Positions 54,577 through 64,000 of a DNA stretch of 64,000 nt are shown here, in pieces. Origin of the DNA: the human T2T-CHM13v2.0 reference genome, Homo sapiens; assembly GCF_009914755.1 (NCBI RefSeq), contig NC_060927.1, one strand, 5' to 3'. Position numbers and translations under genes: made by a program. The notes under the pieces are model-generated. The model ran no database searches, was not told where the DNA came from, and worked only from the letters and a program-made list of their open reading frames with translations. The stretch's first letter is position 1. Each line of letters begins with the position of its first letter.

Positions 54577-56599
54577 CAGGCTGTTTTACTATAGAGAAGC
54601 AGGCCTTAACTGTTACCTCTTCTGTAGTTACTACTAACTTTACCCAGGTAATGGCTAACCACCATGAAAATAAAAGTAAAAAGTATAGCCTCATCACCCC
54701 TGTGATCAAATGTGGTAGATTTGGTTTCAGATGGAGAAATGAAAAGATTCGAGTATAACATGAAAAGGCTATATAGAATCAATATGGAAAAACTGATGTG
54801 GGTCACAAAGTGACAAATATATGGAGATGAAAGTCAATTCAAAGCTCAGTTCAAAGATGTGTCCTGACCTTTACCTTTTTATCCAGTTCAAATAGTATAG
54901 GATTGTGCCAAATGTAGCATTAAAATAGAGCTCTGGTCAATGTTTTCTTATAAGGCTTCTCTGCTGTTGACACTTACTAAATATGTTAGCATCAAACGCA
55001 AGCATAAACAGTATATCCCCTTAAAACATACACAAACATTTGTGAATTTCTAACATTCCTTTGTCACAAAAATAATAGTAATAACTTGAGTATAAGAATA
55101 ATTTACATCTTTAATAGCTGCATTTTCTATTCAAATAATCTATTGCCTTGGATTCCAAAATGATATTTGTGATATGAACAAAAGAGAAATTATAGTAAGA
55201 TTAACCTCTAAAAATGTATTGTGAAGATTATGCAGCTGTTCTGTAGAATTGGAAATAATGGAAAATTGACAGTGAAATATAAAAGTAGATCATGAATAGT
55301 TAATACCCAATTTTTCCATGATGAAGGAATTAAAATAATGACTAAGTAGTCACCACAGTGACAATTTAAGACAAATTTGTCATCTCCCAGCGCCTAGCAC
55401 AAGGTCTTGCATTTATTATGAGCTGAATAAACATTTGCTGGTCTAAATTTAATCTTTCCAGGATGAATGTTTATAGGCATAGTGAGGTAATAGTGCAACT
55501 ATTCTGTATAAAGTCTACGGGTTTGGTATTAATAAAGGCAATACATTTTTGTCTTACTAACAAAACAAAATGGAATACAAGTGTTTTAAGTACGGTAACC
55601 AGCTTCCCCAAAGAAGTTAAAACTGAGAGTGATTGTTGACGGTTGTGACTGATGCTTGTTCTTGCCCCAAATGTTTCAGCACTAGTGCATTCTTTACTCA
55701 CAGAATTTAGGTTCTGAGGAAAACCCTCATATGTCTTTCTGAGGATCATACACAGGAGACTTTAGCAGAACTAAAGCAAACGCAAAAGAATCCAGAATCT
55801 GGAATCTTCTGCATGTGATGCCACAGGTGACATTCTCCCACTCTGGGATGAAATAGACAGTTTCTCCCTTGCTTCTCCTGAAACCAGTACATTGGCTCAA
55901 GCTGTAGGCTCTGCCTGCAGGATGCACCAGCTCGTGTTTGAATTAAATACAGTGACTTGAAGAAGGAAGAACTCTACAGAGTCTACTCTGGCAACACCGG
56001 GAACAGAAGCAACAGGACATTCAGCTTCCAGAAACTGCAGCGGTGCAGTTCCAATGGTTTCTGGCCTCTACAGCCTGTATTCTTAGTGGTTTATGCTCCA
56101 ATTTCTATACACATTGTTAGTAGCAGCGGTGTCTTCATGAGACTAATTCCGTGGTGTGATATTGTTTGAGGATGCTTATGTTCGTAGTCATGGAAATTTA
56201 GTGATTGCCTCCCCAGCATTCATTCTCTCTGTTCCCTTTCTGATGGGGACATGCAGATTGGTTGGGACTAATCTCACAGCAGCTCCAGGGATGGGCCCTA
56301 GTTACAGTGGTTGGGATGGCATTATGATCCAAACTTTGTCAAAAAGAGAGAAGATGTTTGATGGGGAGCATCTGGAGAATAAAATTATTCTGTCTTTCAT
56401 GGATGCTAAAAAAAGATGCTCCCTTCATCCACTGGTTGTGAATCAGGAAGCAACCACCCCAGTTGTTCTGGTAACTATGTTGATATGGTGAAGCTATCAA
56501 AATAGTTTTAGGGCTATTCTGCCACTGGGGAAGGCTGAGACACAGAAAGGAAGTCGGTCCTGGGACATCATTAAACTGCTGGAGCAAGCTTACCTGAAG

Positions 56600-57070
56600 G
56601 GTCATCTGGTAAGCAGATATGGAGATGGAATTACCAGTGTCCAAGCTTTATTGAGGTAATGTTTGTGAAAGATAAAAGCAAGGCACAGGAAATATATGGG
56701 CAGCAAAACCCTTCAGACCTTGATCCAGGCCTGACACCTGTGAAAACAAAGGGAAACCCCGCAGGATTGGGCAGGAAGGGCCTCAAACTGTGATGCAGAT
56801 TTCATAAAGTCTCTGCCAGCACCAAAGGGAGATCTAGAGCAAAAGCTGCTTGTTGGAAGAGTATGACAATGGGCGGAAATGCCCAGACACTAGTACTCCC
56901 ACTGTACTTATTCGCCAGGGCTGTCGAGAAAGCTCAACACTGTTGTTCCAACTCAACACTGTAGAGGACCCTTAATGCCCACTGGCTGGCGGCTGTCAGT
57001 TACCGGCATCCTGCACACGTGGATAGTTTGTTCTTTTTTGAAGGGAGATCCAAGTAAGTAGTACACCTCC
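56600..57070 (-). mobile_element. Old ERVL-type LTR (LTR16-like)
   Basis: ccttcagaccttgatccaggcctgacacctgtgaaa ... ggattgggcaggaagggcctcaaactg. Confidence 0.55.
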
Positions 57071-58626
57071 TTCCATTTCTGGGTTTCTTAAATTACTTGA
57101 ACCACAAAATCTTTATATTATTACTGTTGTTGCTGTTATTATGATTTAAACAGTTAGACCGATTTTCTGTTACCTGTGAGCAAAGGAACTGTGATTGGTA
57201 TGTGAAGTAATATTTTTAGATTTAAAAAGATTGTCAGTTCAGTTTAACATATACTTAAGAGGCAAGATACTTTAGTTATATTATCTCTGACCTTCAAAAA
57301 CAAACAAATGAACAAACTCACAAATGCAGAGCTTATCACAGAACTGTTATGTGGTTGGAACTAATAAATGATAGCTATGATGATTCATCTCCATTTCAGT
57401 TATATTGCTCTTCAGTGTTTAATAATGGTAATTGGGTTTTTAGTTCCCAAAATGTGACTTTTTTTCTTGCACAGAAGTTAATGCTGATAGTTTCTTATGA
57501 TTGTGTTAATGTTGAACTGACAAAAGGTATAAATTTTATAACTTAGTTTTTATAAGCCTTTACTTTTAACTCACAAATCTTGTTGCTATATTTGCAAATC
57601 TAATAATGGTGTAAGAATTTTAAGCACTTAACTTCATTTGTTATTTAATTAATGCTCAATTAGTTTATAAATTTTATGGATCAGATCTCTCAAATGTTAA
57701 CAGTATATAGAAACTTTATTAACTAGATATTTTTAGACATTTCAAACAATTATTACCAATTTGAAAACCAGTTCTCCCAAATAATTCAAACACCTATTAA
57801 GCAAACTTACAAGTCTAACATGCAAGATATTTGCAATCTTTGTGAAAATCTAATAAATTTAATAAATTAGACAAATTTAATAAAGCAGATTCTCTTATCC
57901 ATTTCAAACATCTTAAAGCAGATAAAGCATATATGAAGCAACACAATGACTATAAAATAGCTTACACATGCAAAAATCAATTCCACTTAAATCTATACTT
58001 CCTGGAGTTGGACACTTAGTTACCCAACTAAGAGGATGGTTACCCAAGTAACCATCATCAAGGGCCTGCTGTGGTTACTTGTGTAAAACTTGGGATCATC
58101 AGAAGGTTACCAACTCAGGTTGGGGTAGGGACTGTGGCCTGGGGACACTATCTAGGTGTTACTTAAAGAATGGTACTTCCTAAGCCACCAAATAATACCT
58201 TCCAAGTCTCCTCCTATAATCTGGTTTTAGTTGCTTCATCCCTGGCACACTCCAAGCTTGTAGATCTCAACTGGGATACAATTTAGTTTCACAACTCAAT
58301 TTATCATGTGTCTGTCAAGTTTCATCTTTACCTACATTTTCAACTTTGTATTATTTGATTTCCATAGATGGAATCTGAATTCTCTAGCTATATTGTAACT
58401 TACATCTTTGCTGCCTGATTTGACATAAGAAATTCAGCACCCTCTTTTTTTGTGTGTCTCAGCTCTATCCCAAAGTAATTTTTGGAGAACAAAAACATCT
58501 TTTCTGCTCTTAAGTTGTTATCATTCTAGTAGAGAGAGCCAAGACATATACAAAAATCACCTACACTAAAAGGCAAAAATGAAGAAGACCATAAAAGTGT
58601 TGTAAGCAAATTTCTGTAAGATCACT

Positions 58627-59233
58627 GTGATAGAATTCTAAGATGGTCCCAATGAACGTTGCCCCCTGGTGTTACTCCTGAAATTATGTTACCTCACGTG
58701 GCAAAAAAAGGATTTTCCAGAGTAACTGAGGTTAGTAATTAGTTGACCTGAAGACAGGAAAGCTTTCCAGGTGGACCTAACCTAAACACATGAGCCCTTT
58801 AAAAGAAGGGAGTTTTCTCTGGCTGGTAGCAGAAGAGGAAGTCAGAGAGTAAAGCAAGAGAGAGAAGGAATGTGCAGGAAGCTGTCTGTTGTTGAGATGG
58901 AGACAGCCCCAGGGGAAGGAGCTGAGAGTGGCCTCTAAGGGCTGAGAGTGGTTCCCTAAGTGACAGCCTCCAGGGAAATGGAGATCTCCATCATAACCAC
59001 AAGGAATGGAATTATGCCAACAGTATGAATGAGTTTGGAAGGAATTCTTCCCCAGAGACTCCAAAGAAGAGCCTAAACTGACACTTTGATTTTAGCTTTA
59101 GGAAACCCTAAGCAGAGAACTCAATTGGGCCTGCCCAGACTTCTGACCTACAGAACTCTGAGCTCATAAATGGATGCTGGTTAAAGTTGCTATGTTTGCA
59201 GTAATTTTTTATGCAAAAATAAAAAACAAATAC
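58627..59233 (+). mobile_element. MLT1E-type MaLR solo LTR
   Basis: tgtgatagaattctaagatggtccc ... gacttctgacctacagaactctgag ... aaacaaataca. Confidence 0.85.
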
Positions 59234-59287
59234 AATCACAGAAAATTTCTACTTCGGCTTAAAGACTCAGTTTATTAAATTTTAACA

Positions 59288-59292
59288 TGTGC

Positions 59293-59326
<34 letters not shown>
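59288..59326. repeat. (GT)n with GC interruptions (alternating purine-pyrimidine)
   Basis: tgtgcgtgcgtgtgtg... read directly. Confidence 0.95.
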
Positions 59327-59328
<2 letters not shown>

Positions 59329-59542
59329 ATATGAAAGCATCTTTTCAGGTAGGGAGATCTCAGACTCTAACATCTAGTGTTTTCACGTGGAACTAGTTGA
59401 TGAGACTAAAAAGTCGAGATTTCGTTGAATTAGGGAGGGTTTAGGAATCTGAGTAAGAAAGTTTAATTGAAAAAAATTTCAAACAAAGCTACGGAATTTT
59501 CCTCTTTTGGCCTTGTTATTTTCTTTTTGGCATAAGCCATTA

Positions 59543-62650
<3,108 letters not shown>

Positions 62651-64000
62651 ACAATGAGATCACGTGGACACAGGAAGGGGAATATCACACTCTGGGGACT
62701 GTGGTGGGGTCGGGGGATGGGGGAGGGATAGCATTGGGAGATATACCTAATGCTAGATGACACTTTAGTGGGTGCAGCGCACCAGCATGGCACATGTATA
62801 CATATGTAACTAACCTGCACAATGTGCACATGTACCCTAAAACTTAGAGTATAATAAAAAAAAAAAAATTAAAAAAAAAAAAAATGAAATGTCTTCTAGG
62901 TTGGATAACACATTTTGCTATTATCAGTGAGAGACATATTTGGCTTATATGATTTATCCTTTTGGCAAGTTACTTAGCAAGACTAAGAGAATGGAGTTCG
63001 GGGTAGGTTAATGCTGCTAGGGAAAGACAGGAATAGAGAAGACAAAGACATAGAGTTGTTCTTGGGAGACAGGTACAGGTGGGATCTACAAAGAGAAGCT
63101 TTCGCACCATGCAGAGGCAGAGGGTACAACACAAAAGGGAAGTATAAGTGCAGAAAATATGATAAAGGAGGACAAGGATGTGTGACTACACTGTCACTTT
63201 TGTACAGAGCTTGCTTGCACCTAAACATGAGAACAAACCCCATGTGCCTTTTATTTTCCTCATGAAATCCCATGTACAAAGAAATGGAAAAAAAGTTATA
63301 AAACGACTACTTTTATGTTGTATATACCTTCCCCCCCTTATCCTTTCTAGGAAGCTGTAATGATCAGCAATGTCTTTAACTCATGAGCACTTTTAACTTT
63401 TTCAAAGCATAGCCTGTACAAAGATCTTTCATTTCCTGACTGGTCATGAGGATGAAGTTTATTGTCTTTTTATTGCTACTATTTGGACATTTTTATACAG
63501 TTTTCTCCACATAGCGTAGAACATGTTACCCCCTGTAATTGCTTTTATATACTACTTGACTTAAAGATTGTTTCAAACTTTCTTACTCCTAAATCATTTT
63601 TATTTTTAGGCAGTTAGAACAACAGCTAGATGGTTCTTGAAAAGTACCTGAGTATTAAAGTGGAGGGTGTTTTTTATTCCTTTCTTATGTTCATCTACCT
63701 AAAATAAAATCGGTACTTTTCAAAGGAATGAGATGAAAAATATTTTGAGCCTTTACCCTATTTAAGCCCAGTTGTTATTATAAGTAATACTTGTATATGT
63801 ATATTAAACTTTCTGGCAGATGAATATAATTAACTTTCATGTACTTTGCTTTTATATTAGTTAATACTTTTTATTTTACTAAGATTTAGATTGGACAGTA
63901 TTCTGATGATCTCATCACTGGTACTTTTATGGGTGATAATAACCATTACCATCTGTGAGATGTCCTTAGGGTACCAAGAGTTTTATAGAACCTATAACAT

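Noticed and set aside
58658-58675. CTCF-like motif gttgccccctggtgt in the MLT1E LTR
   Set aside because: A single imperfect match within a repeat cannot be supported without ChIP data.

Overview
Human (primate) genomic DNA, most likely intergenic or deep-intronic. I could not support any host protein-coding gene, RNA gene or CRISPR array. Almost all listed ORFs are translations of Alu, L1 or LTR repeats, or chance ORFs. Human origin is indicated by an AluYa5 (17795-18107) and a 3.3-kb L1HS (59556-62880) that is 5'-truncated and 5'-inverted by twin priming, with a 14-bp TSD. The rest is a mosaic of about 17 Alus, old L1/L2/MIR fragments, solo LTRs (MLT1, MST, THE1D, MLT2A1, MER50-like, MER93, MER34-like and others) and DNA-transposon relics (MER5A, MER3, MER30, MER81, Tigger3). 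Four structures are not explained by repeats: (i) a 368-bp, 98.4%-identical local duplication (8924-9291 and 13212-13579) fused through 3-bp microhomology to a 73-bp inverted copy of 13858-13930; (ii) a scrambled direct/inverted micro-repeat tract with a perfect 26-bp palindrome (53703-53832); (iii) a CpG/GC-box/YY1 promoter-like region (7200-8720) with a candidate minus-strand intron; (iv) an in-frame, endonuclease-less L1 reverse-transcriptase ORF created by the L1 inversion junction. I see no convincing evidence of a new biological system; these are mostly mutational footprints and candidate regulatory elements. Repeat subfamily names come from recalled consensus sequences, not from a database search.
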